The notes under the pieces are model-generated. The model made no database searches, was not told where the DNA came from, and saw only the letters and a program-made list of their open reading frames with translations. A program made the position numbers and the translations under genes. A stretch of 60,118 bases of DNA, counting the filler, from Hausera hauseri (taxonomy: Eukaryota): the NCBI GenBank assembly GCA_046269625.1. It is 9 parts of 9 records of this genome, joined end to end, with 100 filler letters (N's around TTAATTAATTAA, not from the genome) between each part and the next. Parts side by side here need not be neighbours in the genome. Positions count along the whole stretch, not along the records: positions 23,068 to 30,042 come from JBJURY010047331.1; positions 30,143 to 34,786 come from JBJURY010491021.1; positions 34,887 to 39,235 come from JBJURY010623220.1; 6 more parts are not named here. The stretch is one strand, 5' to 3'. Shown in pieces: positions 23,195 through 36,500 of this stretch (position 1 is its first letter; every line of letters begins with the position of its first letter).

Positions 23195-26100
23195 GCACGC
23201 CCTTTTCCCATTAAAAGAATATTTTTTCTACTTCTGTAGACACAATTTCTTTGTCTTCTCGTGTAGTTCACATATCTGCAATTTGCCCTTTACCCAATGA
23301 AAAAGTATGTTCCATTGCTTTACATTCAGTTGAAGGGATTTTAATAATGTGCTTCGGCAGTTCTTTACGCTGCGCACTGTTTGTAGGAAATGGAAAATAT
23401 TTTCCTTGGTGTTCTCGTAGGTTTAGGACTTCAACTTTATGGACTGTAAGATTCGGGTATAAACCTTGTGCCTCTAAATGTAATCCCTGCCATAAAGATC
23501 ATGATACTAATGTTGTATTTTGTTACTATCACCATCTGAATTTCGAATTGTCTGAAATTGTTTCCAACTCATTGAGCATGCACAGTGTGTACACCTTTGA
23601 TTTTCATAAAGATCGTACCATCCATCTGGAAAATGCCTTTCTTGTTCTATGTCGAGCCGACTATGACCAAACATACAAATGCCGGTATCTCCTGATACAA
23701 CCGTATCGTGTTTGATTTCGGTTTTCTGTGTAAGACGTAATTGTTCTTCATTAGAATTTTGCTTCAACTATTTGTCATGTCTTATGCCAAATTGAGCATA
23801 AATTGGGACATGGCTTTGAGAAGCTTCTTATTTTTCCAATTTTCCTCCTTTCTCTCTCTCTCTGGTTACTTCGTTTCGATTTTCTGCTTCGGTTTCTGTG
23901 GTATCTATTGATTCTCTTAGTTTATTGCTAGTTTGATTCACATGAGGGTGTCTCATATCTATCTGATTCACCTCAGCCGTAGGTTCTCTTCTACTGACTA
24001 TATCAGTCAACTGTTTCCTGAGTTTCGTTATTGTTGCAGTTTTCTCTAAGTTTGCTTCTTCAAGTTTGCCTGCTTGATTTTCTAAATCTCAGATAATTGC
24101 ATCAGTTTCGCACACTTTGCTTTGAAGTTCATTGGCTCGTTTATCCAATTCTCGTTTGGCTTCTGTCAGCTTTTCCTTCATCTTATGAATATCTTTCATT
24201 TCTGTATCCTTTTGCTCCACTGTCGTGTGTATTTCTGCTATCTTGGCTTCTACTTGGGTTCTTGCTTTTTCTTGATTCTTTCTAACTTCTTGTATCTGTG
24301 TTGCAGTATTTTGTTGTTTGGTTTTCATGGCTGCGCTTATAGGTATTCATGATTCTTTTCGGTCGGTATCTTCAGTTTTTCTGACATATTTCTTTTGTAA
24401 AGCTGCTTGTCGGCTGATTTTATTTCTGGGTTCATCTTCGGTAAAGTCCCTGCATCTCGTGTTCTCTTGGTACTTCTTACTAAGCGTTCCATTTCAGCCA
24501 TTTCTCTTTCCAAGTCTTCTTCAACAACTGTGTTGGAAGAGTCTTCTTCTGACTTGCTTTTGCTTGCTTGATCTTCTTGTGTTGCTTCGTCAGTAACTTT
24601 GCTTTCTTGTGCTTGCCTGGTGTCTCGATCTTGCAACCTTCTCCTCCGTTCCAGTATTGGCAAATCACTGTCTTCAGATGAAGTTTCTAACATATTTCTG
24701 GATCGCTTCATTTGTCGCGCTTTAGCTTCTTCAAACTTCTTTTGTGCTGCAGCTCTGGTGTTCGGATAATGGTCAGACAAAGCTCTTTCTGTCTGTGCTT
24801 CACGTTCATTCCTGGCGTGTAACTTCGTCGGCAATAGTACTGCTCCTATCTTATACCTGTTATCGCTGTCTTCATCATCCCGTGTCTCACTACTACTGTC
24901 TTCTCTTAACGATTCTGTTTTATTTTCTTCCAGTTGTACTACATACCTAGTTTTTCTGAACTTTTCTCTAGCGTGTACCCATGGTTCGTTTGGACATGTC
25001 CGATCATCTCATCGGATGTAGTCTGTTGTTGCTATTGATGTTTGCCCTGTGTATTGGTTTCGGACGACATAGGTTACTGGTCCACGTTGTTCTACGATCT
25101 TGTACCCTCGAATCCATCGATTGTCAAATTTCGAATTTCTGTGTTGCTTTCTATAGCAAACCTTATCGTCGATTTCGAAATTCTGAGGTATCGTTTTTCG
25201 GTCGCTTCTTTCTTTTCTTTTCTGGAACATATTTCGAACATTCCTGCTGACTTTGACCATAATTTCATGCTGCTTTTGTAGCATCTATTTGTGATACTCT
25301 TCTCCGTGGTACTTAGGCTTGGGTTGTAGCATATTGTCTAATGGTAGGATCAGCTCCCGTTCAAATATCATCTCGTATGGCGAGTGTACCGGCTACCGTT
25401 CACCATAACTCGGACTACCATGGCTGCTTGGTTCAAGTACAGATCCCATTCTTTGACTTGGTCGTTGACATACTTGGCTATGATGTCATAAAACGTTGTG
25501 TGTTGTCTCTCGTTAATACCATTCGCTCCAGGATTATAGTGTGCTGTTCTTACATGCTTTATATTAAGTTCTCGAAGCGTGTCACTTAGGGCTTTGTTAA
25601 CGAAATCTGTGCCATTATCCGTAATGACAAATTTTGGGCAATCTTACCTGGGTATGAACTGTTCGACTAGTATTCCCACAATGTTATCTGCCGCTTTGTT
25701 TGGTATTGCATATAGTTCAGGCCAGCAACTATATATGTCCACAATATGTAAGATGTGTTGATTCCCTGACAAAGCTAATTGATGCGGACCTGAAAGATCG
25801 AGACTGATTTTCTCGAATGGAAATGTGGCAGATTCAGGTTCTTGCATCGGGTGCTTGAGAATTTTCATACTTCTTAACTTGCAGTTTTCACATCATTGTA
25901 CATATTCCGCTATTTCCTTCTGCATGTTTCCCGAATAGTATTTTTGGTTGATAATCGCAGAAGTTCTGTCTCTGCCTAGATGACCTAGGTTATCGTGATA
26001 CTGTCTTATCACATTGATTCTTAACTATTTCGGGATGCATTGCTGAAACTCTCCTTGTCGGTTTATTCTGTATAGAACGTCCTCTTCTATTATAAACTTC

Positions 26101-29100
26101 GACTGTTTCTTAACTTTTTTCGTTACCCGACTGCAGATCTTCTATAATGCGCCTTAATTTGTTATCTCTTTGTTGTTCATGTTTAATGTTTAATGTATCA
26201 TCTTCACTGTGTATCATCTTCACTGTCTACTGATTCTTTGGTGGTGTCTGCTTCGTAGCTATTTCTGTTATTTGAGTTGACGATGGCTATTTGAAGTGTA
26301 TGATCATCTATCTCCAATGTGCTTTCTTTATCTTCCTGTGCCTGGGGTTCATCAGTCTTATCTGGCATTCACGATAATGGGTCTTCAACAGTATTTTGTA
26401 GTCCTGGGATATATTCGATTGACATGTTATAACCTTGTATATTAAGTGCCAAGGGCTGCATTCTTCTGTTTTGTACATCAGCTTTTAGTAATCATTTCAG
26501 TGATTGGTGGTCTGTTCGCACTATGAACTGACTGTTATGGGTGTTTAAATGTAACTTCTGCAATGTGTAATGTATAGCGTGAGCCTCCTTGTCGATTACT
26601 GGCCATTTTCTTTGCGACTTGGTTAGTCTATGTGATAGGAAGTAAATCGGTTTTTCTGTCATCTTAATCTTTCCCTTCACTTCCTCTTCGCCATCTTCTT
26701 GTGTAAGTACCACACCTATTGCATAATCTGACGCATCGGTATAGAGTAATAGCCTTTGTTTGGGTCCGGGTATGCCTATGATGGAACTACTGTCAAACTT
26801 TCTTTCAAGTAATCAAATGCTGTCTGGCATTCTGTTTTAACCTTGCAAACTTTCTGGTGAGTGCCACAAGCGGTTCTGCAATTCTCGAGAAATTCGGAAT
26901 AAATCGTCTGTAATATCCGCAATTGTATCGACTGCACTTTCTCAACATCTGGCTTCACCTCTTCTCTGGAAATAACGAATCCTAAGTACTTGGTTTCTTC
27001 TTTAAGGAATTCGCATATACTTAATTTCAACTTAACTTGGTGTTGCTTCATATGAGCAAATACTTGCTCTACGTGCAATAAGTGTTCTTCCAGATCTGAC
27101 TTCGTGAATATAAGTATATCATCGATGTACACAAGAGCAAAGTTTTTCATCCCTTCGAGGACTATATTCATCAAGGACATATAAGTGGTTGGTTAGCCTT
27201 TGAGTCCAAATGGCATCACGTTCCAAGAATAAAGTCCTGTGTGGGTGCAGAAGGCACTCTTTTCCTTTGCTTTTGGTGTCATCAGGATACACCAAAACAG
27301 TGATCTGGCATCCAGCGTAGTAAAATATGCTGCACTCTCTAGCGTTCCTAGAATATTGTCGATCAATGGCATTGGGTACGATACATTGGCTGTTATGGCG
27401 TTCAGTGCTTTGTAGCCAACGCAGAAACGGTGGCATCCGTCTTTCTTGGAGACAATCACAACTGGGAAAGACCACTCGAATCTGGTTGTCTCGATAATTC
27501 CATCTCATAACATTTCTTCAACTGCTTTTTCTACAATCTCGCGAGTACCTAACGGTGTGCGATAAGGTTTGAGACTTATTGGCGCATGGTTTCCGGTATT
27601 AGTTTTCATTGATACTGTTTCGGTCCTGCCAAGCTCAGTATCTGAGATTGCAAATATGTCAGCATGTTTTGTCACAAACCTCGTGATTCCTTCTTTAAAC
27701 TGCGAGTCCACCTTTAATGTTTCAAGCAATTTTCCAAGTCGGTCGGTATTCTGACTCACTTCTTCTATAATCTTTTTCTATTTCTGTAGCCATAAACCTT
27801 GTCTGATTTCCTGTAACACTCTATCTCTATGTTGTCTTCTTTGTTGTCTTTCTTCCGAGTGTGTATGTTGCCAGTATTCTTTGTTTTCTGTTTCTGCCTT
27901 TTCATTTCTCTCCAAGTATTCTTGTTGTTCTAACTGATTCACATTTTGTCAACTTTGGTTGCACAGTCTTCTCAATGATGCATCCCTTCTGTAGTGTCAT
28001 AGTCTTGCCTGTGTGGTTCATGATCATGACTGGTATTTGTCTTCGACCATTCAGCTTGACTATACCACATATGGTTTGTAGACCTGGCTCTTTAATAAAG
28101 TTGTGTTCGTCTAACGGAATTATGTTGTTTTCTCCCGCATGCCATTAATCATTATGCTTCATTTCTGCGACTACGATATTAATCGAGTTTGGTTTCATTG
28201 TGAGCTTGTGTTTGACTCTGATTATTGATGCAATGTGTATGTCGTCCTCCAGATCAATATATTCATCTTGAATTCTGATTTTCTTCAAATAAAAATATAT
28301 ACGCACTTGGTGTTTCTGTAGGAAGTCTCGCCCTGTTATGGCGCTGCAACACATATTTCTAATAACTAGGAAGTTTTGTGGCATGACCTTGTTTCCTATG
28401 GTAAACTGTAGTGCTGTTTTTCCCAACACTGTCAGCGTACTTCCTGACACTGATCGAAGGTCAATGTCTTGCTTTGTCAGCCTTCCTGAATTCTTCAGCA
28501 TTTTATAAACTCGTTCACCGATGATGCTGACCTGGGCTCCAGTATCAATCAAACAGCTGACTCTTATCTTTCCGAAATGGATAATGCAGGAACTAGGATC
28601 TTCTATTAAGTTAATTTCATATGTCTCTTTGGTCTTTCTAGTGTTGTTCACATTTGTCGTCTTGAATGCTGGTTTCCGGGGATGGGATCTCCTTCTGGGT
28701 TTTGGGGTATGGGTGTTAACTTCGTTCATGTGTCTGGGGCTGGGTGGGACTCTGATGTGGGATCTGTGGCTTTGGTGAACTATCTTTTTGGTTTCATCCA
28801 CTTCCATCGGTTCATGTTTGGTATGTTTCTCATATCTCTTGATGTGTGTACTTTTTGCTTTTCATTCAGGTTCTTCTGGTCTGTATTCTCTGCTGCTTCT
28901 TCTTGTGTACTGTCTACCATACCATCTCTACTTATTATTCTGCTTTTTATCATGTTATGTCTCGGTTTCATACCTGTGTACTATCTTTCTTCATATTTAT
29001 CACGTTTCTCCCTGTTTCATATGAGTTCTCTATGGGCTTGCTGACGTCAGGGGTGTGCAGTGCGCTTCTGGTTGTAGCGTCTATATTCGTCGTGCTTGGT

Positions 29101-29622
29101 ACTTCTTTCTTTGTCTGGCTTCTCAGTTGGAGTTATGTCTTTTGATGTTCTTCTAGTTTTTCGATTTTGTATTGTCTCATCTCTACTTCGCTTGTTCCGT
29201 TCTACTTTTGCTTGATAAAGCACTTGTTGCTATATGGCCTTCCTTGCCACATTTATAACATCGAATACGTTTCTCTACTTCATGTATAGCTCTTCTGTGT
29301 TCATGTCGTTTCTCTCTGTAGCGATCGTGTGTCGACATGCCATTTCGGTCTATAGTGATCAACATCCATGTGTTCTTCACTTCTATCATCAAACTTATCT
29401 CTTCCTAGTCTGATATTGATACGTTTCCCAAAGTTTTCTTCATCGATAGCATTTTGAATTGCCTCTTGAATAGTCATTGGTTCTTCTTTCATTAGCTTGA
29501 TCTTGATGCGTGTGTTTAGTAAACCGTCGATAACAATTGGAATTAGCGACTCCCAATTTCTTCTGACATGACATCGTGACCAACATAAGCACCCTCCGCC
29601 ATATTGAGAAGCTTGTCACCAT

Positions 29623-30042
29623 TGTGCCCGCTATTGGTATCAGTGGAGATCAGAAACGTAGCCTCGACGAACTCCGCTGGTGAAAGTTAGACTGTACGGT
29701 CATCCAAAACCCTCCTAGTAGAGCTCCAACGAATATATGCCTTCTTCGTTGATAAAACCACGTAGAAAAATATAATTGCTGTAGAATTACACATAAGGCT
29801 GGAACTGGCCTCTAAAAATGAGCATTCTGCTCCAGCAAAAAAATAACGACCTCTCACATCGAAGGCCAAACGAAAAATGCGTGCCGTTCCTAAGTTTCAA
29901 ATACCTTTGTAGGTAAAACCCGAGACACCACTTACTTTTCTTGATTACTTGTCATTAATCTGGTACTCCCAAAAACAATTTCCGTTTTCCGTGCGTGGGT
30001 GTTCATTTACGGTTTTTCCGTGGTTACTATTAGTTTATTAAT
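29623..30042 (-). repeat. 5' LTR (partial), followed by putative PBS TGGTGACAAG at 29612-29621
   Basis: Shares 75 nt with the 23068 copy. Minus strand ends ...GCACA, then A, then TGG. Confidence 0.65.
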
Positions 30043-30377
30043 NNNNNNNNNNNNNNNNNNNNNNNNNNNNNNNNNNNNNNNNNNNNTTAATTAATTAANN
30101 NNNNNNNNNNNNNNNNNNNNNNNNNNNNNNNNNNNNNNNNNNGAACAAGTTCTCACCTGGAAGAAGTTGGCTCAGGTGAAGTGCTGAGTGGCTGGCTCTT
30201 CTCAGAGATGCCTGCTTCCTCCTGACTGTAAAAAAATATAAATAAGGTTAGTTATTGCTCAATCTTCTGTTTACAAGATAAATTATTTCCAACTGTATCA
30301 CAAAAATGACTAAATAATAAAAACAATGCTGTAACGAGAATCAATAAAGTTCCTTTTATGTAACAGTGTTATGAGAG

Positions 30378-30490
30378 AACAACAACCAGACAGCTGACAA
30401 CCAGACAACAACAACAACAACAACCAGACAACAACAACCACACAACAACCAGACAACAACAACCAGACAACAACAACCAGACAACAACAG
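30378..30490 (+). repeat. CAA/CAACCAGA simple tandem repeat
   Basis: Repeated ACAACAACCAG units. Confidence 0.85.
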
Positions 30491-31935
30491 AAAATTACAG
30501 AAGTTTTAACACTTATTTGACTTTGTTTAGCATATCCTTGCTGTTGCTTTCTCTGTTTTGTATTTTCTATCCAGGAAGTGTGTTACAACATTTACTTCTG
30601 TTTTTTGTTTAATGCAGTTATGTTGACTAGTAGCATAGCACACAAATATCTGTAAAAGTCAAAGTTCAGATTTGATTGACAAGTGGTGACTCAGTCATCT
30701 ACCATCTGAGTGCATGCCAGCATGAAGGAAAAGCCCTGAGAGGGGTAATTGTGACTGATTAACTTTTCCTACAAAACAATTACAGTGAGATTAATTGTTT
30801 AGTTGTCACTTCATTGAACTGTTATTAGCCAAGGAGCTCCTGTCTGGAAAGCATTTAAATGTGAGCTAATTGACATAATTGTTCTGGAGATGACAGAACT
30901 CCCATGGAATTACAGAACATTCACGTTCCCCTTGGTGGTTTAACAGCAAACTAAAACATTTAGACAGAAAGTTGCAATTCAGAGAGAGAGCGCGATTGCA
31001 ACAACAAGAGATGACATGGAGCAGGACAGAAAAGGGCAGACAGAGTAAAACAGTGTGTGTGTGTATGTGTGTGTGCGTGTCTTCATCTCTGAACAGCGTG
31101 GGGTTGAGGTCATGGAAACTCAACTGTCTGTGTTATGGCCTAAGGATTAGCCTGGACATGCCCCCACATTTCACACACACGCACACACATATACAAAAGA
31201 AAAAAAAACTTAACTGGAGTGGTGTGTAGTGACCTTGGAAGAAAAATTCTGTAAAGCCATGTGTTTACCGACTTCCTTCTTATACATTTTTAATAAGAAA
31301 TAAATAAAAAAAACTTGAATAAGAGTAAATCTGAGTATTTCTTCCATTAATAGGAAAAAAACATACAGAGAATTTTAATCTTAGTAAATTTTTACTTAAA
31401 TCACATGCACAATTATACATCAACATTCTGCATCCTTCAAAACACACAAAAACTGATGTTTTCTACAGTGGGTATGCAAAAGATACCACCTAAATGTGAA
31501 ACAAAGCCATTAATAATCATAATTTTCTTCTCAGGGATGTTTTTTGTATTTATTGCTCAAAGAAAACTTTTAAAGCTTCTTTATAAATATATTTCAGATA
31601 TTTAATTTAAACAACCCATAAGGTATTTATTCATTATTTTTTGACAAAATGCAATTGTTGCAAATCTTTTAGCTACACTACCTATTTCTCCACGTACCAC
31701 TTTGTAACTTAATCCTCAGTTTCATTATAAACACTAACAGCACCAAAGCACAAACTATGGACACAGATGGTATAGTAAAATCTGTAAAATAAGAATAAAG
31801 TATATTTAAAGTGGCTCTGACATCATTTTTATAATAAATATGAATGTATTGTTGGAAAGATAACATTGATAACATGCTGTTTAAAAGATTTCATGCCGCT
31901 GCAATGAACTGTTGTTGAGATATTTACATGTAAAG

Positions 31936-32160
31936 AAACAGGAAGTGATGTCAAAGGGGAATGTCCGAATGTAAACAGAGCATTGTTAAAATGGCTAACA
32001 ACTCAGACTGTAGACAAGAATCTTATATTTCTTTAGATTACATTGATCCCTATCATAGAGTGATGAGAAAGAGTCGTAGTTTGAATAATATTGTTTCAAT
32101 AAACAAAATCCAGGAAGCTTTCTTTCTTAAAGAGTTCCCCTTTGATGTCACTTCCTGTTT
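31936..32160. repeat. 26-bp inverted repeat pair (MITE-like)
   Basis: AAACAGGAAGTGATGTCAAAGGGGAA at 31936-31961 versus the reverse complement of 32135-32160, 24/26 identical. Confidence 0.7.
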
Positions 32161-33176
32161 CCCTTTAGCTGAGCAAAAATCCAAAGAAAATGTGCTAATT
32201 TTGTGACATAACAAGTCAAATTATGTGTATTATGCCAAGTTTCTAAAATACAAATATATTATCTTTGACTTTTTGTACTTCATGGATATGCATGTCACAG
32301 GTGCTTTAATGTTTCCATTCTGTTGGGAGTCATTCTTGAATCAAAATCTGTTTATTATTAATTAACTGAGTCGTTGAGCACTTTTCATAAAACCACACGT
32401 TCATTGTTTACATTGAATTTAGTTCAATAAATGTTTTTGTTTTGATTTAAAACATCTGCATCAGACTCTTCTGAGGTAGAATTTGGTTACCATGGAAGTC
32501 ATCAGTGCATCAATTCATTTCCTGAAACGATTCAAAACACCTCTGAACCTACAGGAGACAGTCTGACCAACACAGTAAGTCAAAGAGTTTTTCTATAACT
32601 TTTCTTTAACTCTTCTACTTTTATTTAGTTCACACAAGTGTTTTATTATCAGAGGAAGGTTTACATTGAAGTGATACTGATATAGTCTGTAAATGTTCTG
32701 TCATTTTTATTTTTTTACATTTTCCTAGTTAGAATATGTTTTAACTTGATTTTTCTGTAATTGGGTGTTTTATTGTAGAAATGATTCCTGACAATGTTTT
32801 TATTTGTCAGAGCTGACTGAGAAAACTGGAGAAGTTTCAGCTCATGGATGTGAAGAACAGCACCATGGAGTTAGAGTTATCACCAGCGGTAAGTTAGCAT
32901 AGCTTTTAGCTACCCTGAAGAAAGTTTATACTGGTTGCTAGGTAACAGAAAAGGCATTCAAAACAAATGGTAAAGACTTTTTAGAAACTTGAATTTCCGT
33001 CTGTTAAAAAATAAGTAATATTATGATAACAGGCAAAAATGTGTGATATTTCTGAGCTGTTATTTCAGAGAAACAAAACAGGCTGATGTTAATTTAAAAA
33101 ATAGATATGGAGCTTTTAGTCAAGTCCCATTTTCCTTTAGGAAGCAGTTGCCTTCTTGGATTTCTGAACCTGATTT

Positions 33177-33554
33177 TTGCCTCTTTTTTGTATGTTTGCC
33201 ATTGAAAAGACTTGTAAAGTCAAAGAAGAACCTGAAGAACCTGATGGTTATTGGTTTGTCCAGGAGCCACCGGTTGAACCAATCAACACTCCAGTTAAAC
33301 CTGAGTGCAGCGACCAGAGTGAAGCCTGTGTTGGAGATCCAAGGGATTTACAACTACATCAAGTTAAACCCAACCACACTGATGGAAAAAAGTTCATCTG
33401 CATCCAGTGTGACAAGAGATTCATCAGTCCAAGTCATCTGAAGGTTCACCTTCATGTTCACACTGGAGAGAGGCCTTACAGCTGTACCCAGTGTGAGAAG
33501 AGATTCACACAGTCAGGAAGTTTAAAATCACATCAGCTAGTTCACTCTGGATAA
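33177..33554 (+). pseudogene. C2H2 (Kruppel-type) zinc-finger gene, terminal exon, probably truncated
   Basis: [54 protein letters not shown], with TAA in place of the linker Glu. Candidate upstream exons at about 32464-32575 and 32811-32888 end at GTAAG. Confidence 0.85.
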
Positions 33555-36500
33555 AAGCCCTTCTTTTGGAGAATAATCTGGTGGACTGGAGCTTTTGTTT
33601 TACTGTGAACTTTAATGTCCATCAGAAATGTAAAATAAAGCATCTAAAAATGTTACAGATGTAAAAAATAATTTTGTCTTGACAAAGAAACATTTTGTGG
33701 AAAAACTCAAAGAACACATTCAAGATATTAATTCAAATTTAACTTAAATTTGCTTTTTGTGTGGTTACAAAAGCAACAAAACGCATTTATACACATGCAC
33801 ACACAAATTATGTAAATGTATTAGTTTAATTTAGATAATTTAGCAGTTTAGCATGTTGTTTTTTGCTTTTAGCGACTTATTGGTAATTTTAGCTTTTAAA
33901 ATATTTACCTAGCCTTTTTTTGCCTTTACTTATCCTTTTGATCATTTTAGCTTTAGTCTTGTAATAATTTTTCGCTAGCATCTTGCTACTTTTTGCCTTT
34001 AGTTACCTTTTTGATCTTTTTAGCTTTTAAGTAGCTTTACAGTAGTTTGTTATTTTTATACATGAAAAGTTTAGGCAGCATATTGTTGCTATTAGATTTT
34101 AGCCAGCTTTCTGTTAACCTAGCTTCTTGTTGGGCTTTTGATACATTTATCTATCCTTTTTCTACTAGCCATTTAATCCTTTTAGCTCTAGTATTGTAAT
34201 ATTGTAAATATAATATTAATATAACTGTATATTGTATTGTATTGTATAACTGTAATATAGTTTAATATTGTAATATTTTTAGCTAGCACTATGGTACTTA
34301 AAGTTTAGCTAGCAAACTGTTCTTTGCTTTAAGCTTGGCTTTTGATAGTTTTATTTTTACGTAGCTTCTCCATACATTTTGCAACCTTTTTTATATCTAG
34401 AAAGTTTAACTAGTATATTGTTTACTTTTAGCTAGCTTTTTACATATTTTAGCGTCATGTTACAGGTTTGATACTTTTACTTATCATTTTGCTACTTTTA
34501 GACTTTAGCTAACCTTTTGATATTTTTAGCTTTTAGCCTTGTAACTAGGCCTGTCGCGATAGTCAATAAATCAATTAATCGTAAGATAAATTATTTAGAG
34601 GTCGATAAGAAAAATGAGGACGATAATTGACGCATGCCTGCTTGTTGGTTTACTCCGTCTCTCCCTTTCTCTGTGCTCCGGTGCACAGGGGGCTCAGCTG
34701 ACCCCTCCCCTCCTGTTTTGTGTCGAGAGGAGTAAACTTCCGCGGGGTCACTTTAGCATGAGAGCTTGTAGCAAACAAACTAAAGANNNNNNNNNNNNNN
34801 NNNNNNNNNNNNNNNNNNNNNNNNNNNNNNTTAATTAATTAANNNNNNNNNNNNNNNNNNNNNNNNNNNNNNNNNNNNNNNNNNNNCCGTGAAGAAGTTC
34901 GCTGGCATTGAAATGACACGACAAGGTGTTTACAAGGTTCTCAAACGTTATGAAGTGTTGGAGTTAATGGCTGTTTCCTAATTATTTTCCAGAAGGGTGG
35001 TGATATTACTCCGGCCCCAACATATAAATTATATTGCTACAATTGGAGATGATTTGAAAGTGAGTCCGGTGGCGGTTCGATAACATAATGTTATATGCGC
35101 CTGAGTCTGTTTATAAAGACGACCAAACATAATCGTTGTGATGTAATTAGTATCTACAATTCATAAGTTCAACCTTTTTTAAGGATAAGATACTATCAAG
35201 CTTTGACACATTTGGATTCAAAATATACAATAATTACGGTTCTCAAATTCTTATGCTCAAAACCTGTTTCGATATGTTTCAAAATGTAATGTGTGGCATT
35301 AGCAGGCAACAATCCAGTTAGATTATGAAAATATCATCAATCACCATGGGTTGTGAGGTTTATGATTTATCGATTTATCTTAAGTAAGATATGCAATTTG
35401 ACAATTCACCTATCTTAACAAACATATGAATCTATCAATTTGATGGACCACCACTAAACTCTTTTACGAAGTCAAATTAATGTATTCAAAGTCAATAATA
35501 ATTTTATGTATTAAAGACAGAGATTCATACTTACGTATCTATTCCGCTGGACAAGTAATAACATTTCCTTATTAATTTACTTAGAACTATAGTTATGATT
35601 CAATCTTTATGATATATCATCGTTCTTTAATATATATACCCAGTTTCATTCATTTGATGACCGTTAAATATTTTCATTTCTTTGATGTATACAGTACACA
35701 GTAACATTGATCTTCTTGTTGATTTTATATAATTTGTTAGGGGCATTTTATCGCCGTGGAATATTGACATTTCATTTAATTGGTTTCTTTTTCATTTCTT
35801 ACATTATAGTTAAGGCGATTATTTCTCCGTCATCAGCGATGTCATCCCAGGTTACTTCCATTGATAATCTGACTAACACCGAGTAAATCTCCTTAACGAT
35901 TTATCGAATACTCCTCTTACGTGTACATCTGTTTATTTCTGGGAAATGCATCCTTTGTATACCTGACTTCAGTAGTAGTATTGTTCACTTCCCTTTAACT
36001 CTATTGAGGGAGAGACTTTACTTTGGTATCTTATAGAATTAATGGGTTGAACAAGGTCGTACTTTTAGGCTATACGTGTATAGATCTAGACAGATGGGTA
36101 TCCTACCTAACTCTATCCTATAGGTGGTGTGTACGGAACAACTGCCTTTACGGCTTTTGCAGACTTTATTTACTAAGGTGTTATTTGACTCTGATTACTT
36201 AAATTTACTGAGGCTGCCGTTAGGTAGGTTTGACCTAGACGGCTGATTTTCCACGTTACTTAGTTTTGTTTTATTTACTTATTTAATTACTTAAATCAAC
36301 AAGGAGCTAGATATACAATGATAAATATATTCAATTTACACACAATAGAAAGCAAATACAAAAAGAAAATGACATAAAATATATGAATCGTGCATAGATA
36401 AAATAAAATTACTCACTTCAATGCAAGACGAATCACAAATGAAGTTAAGAAGTCTGAGAGAAGGTAGAAACCATTATACTATTTATACTATTTTTAATCA

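Larger units (their letters stand above)
23068..30042 (-). mobile_element. Ty3/Gypsy LTR retrotransposon (LTR-PBS-truncated gag-pol-extension-PPT-LTR), degenerate
   Basis: Gag remnant VIDGLL..IKIKLMKEEPMTIQEA and knuckle CYKCGKEGH. Protease CLIDTGAQVS. RT VMPFGL, VYIDD. RNase H YFLSHRL, VRTDHQSL. Integrase ISLDLSGP and GPVTY. Terminal direct repeats. Confidence 0.93.
30143..34786. other. Teleost-like genomic contig (probable host DNA)
   Basis: C2H2 zinc fingers with a TGERPY linker, (CA/GT)n runs, TTAGC/GCTA-rich repeat at about 33840-34545, GT-AG introns, and no resemblance to the other contigs. Confidence 0.6.

Noticed and set aside
24097-29145. Many + strand hydrophobic ORFs
   Set aside because: Antisense shadows of A-rich minus-strand retrotransposon coding sequence.
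29635-29646. TGGTATCAGTGG resembling a tRNA-Met PBS on the + strand
   Set aside because: Wrong orientation for the minus-strand element and lies inside the inferred LTR.
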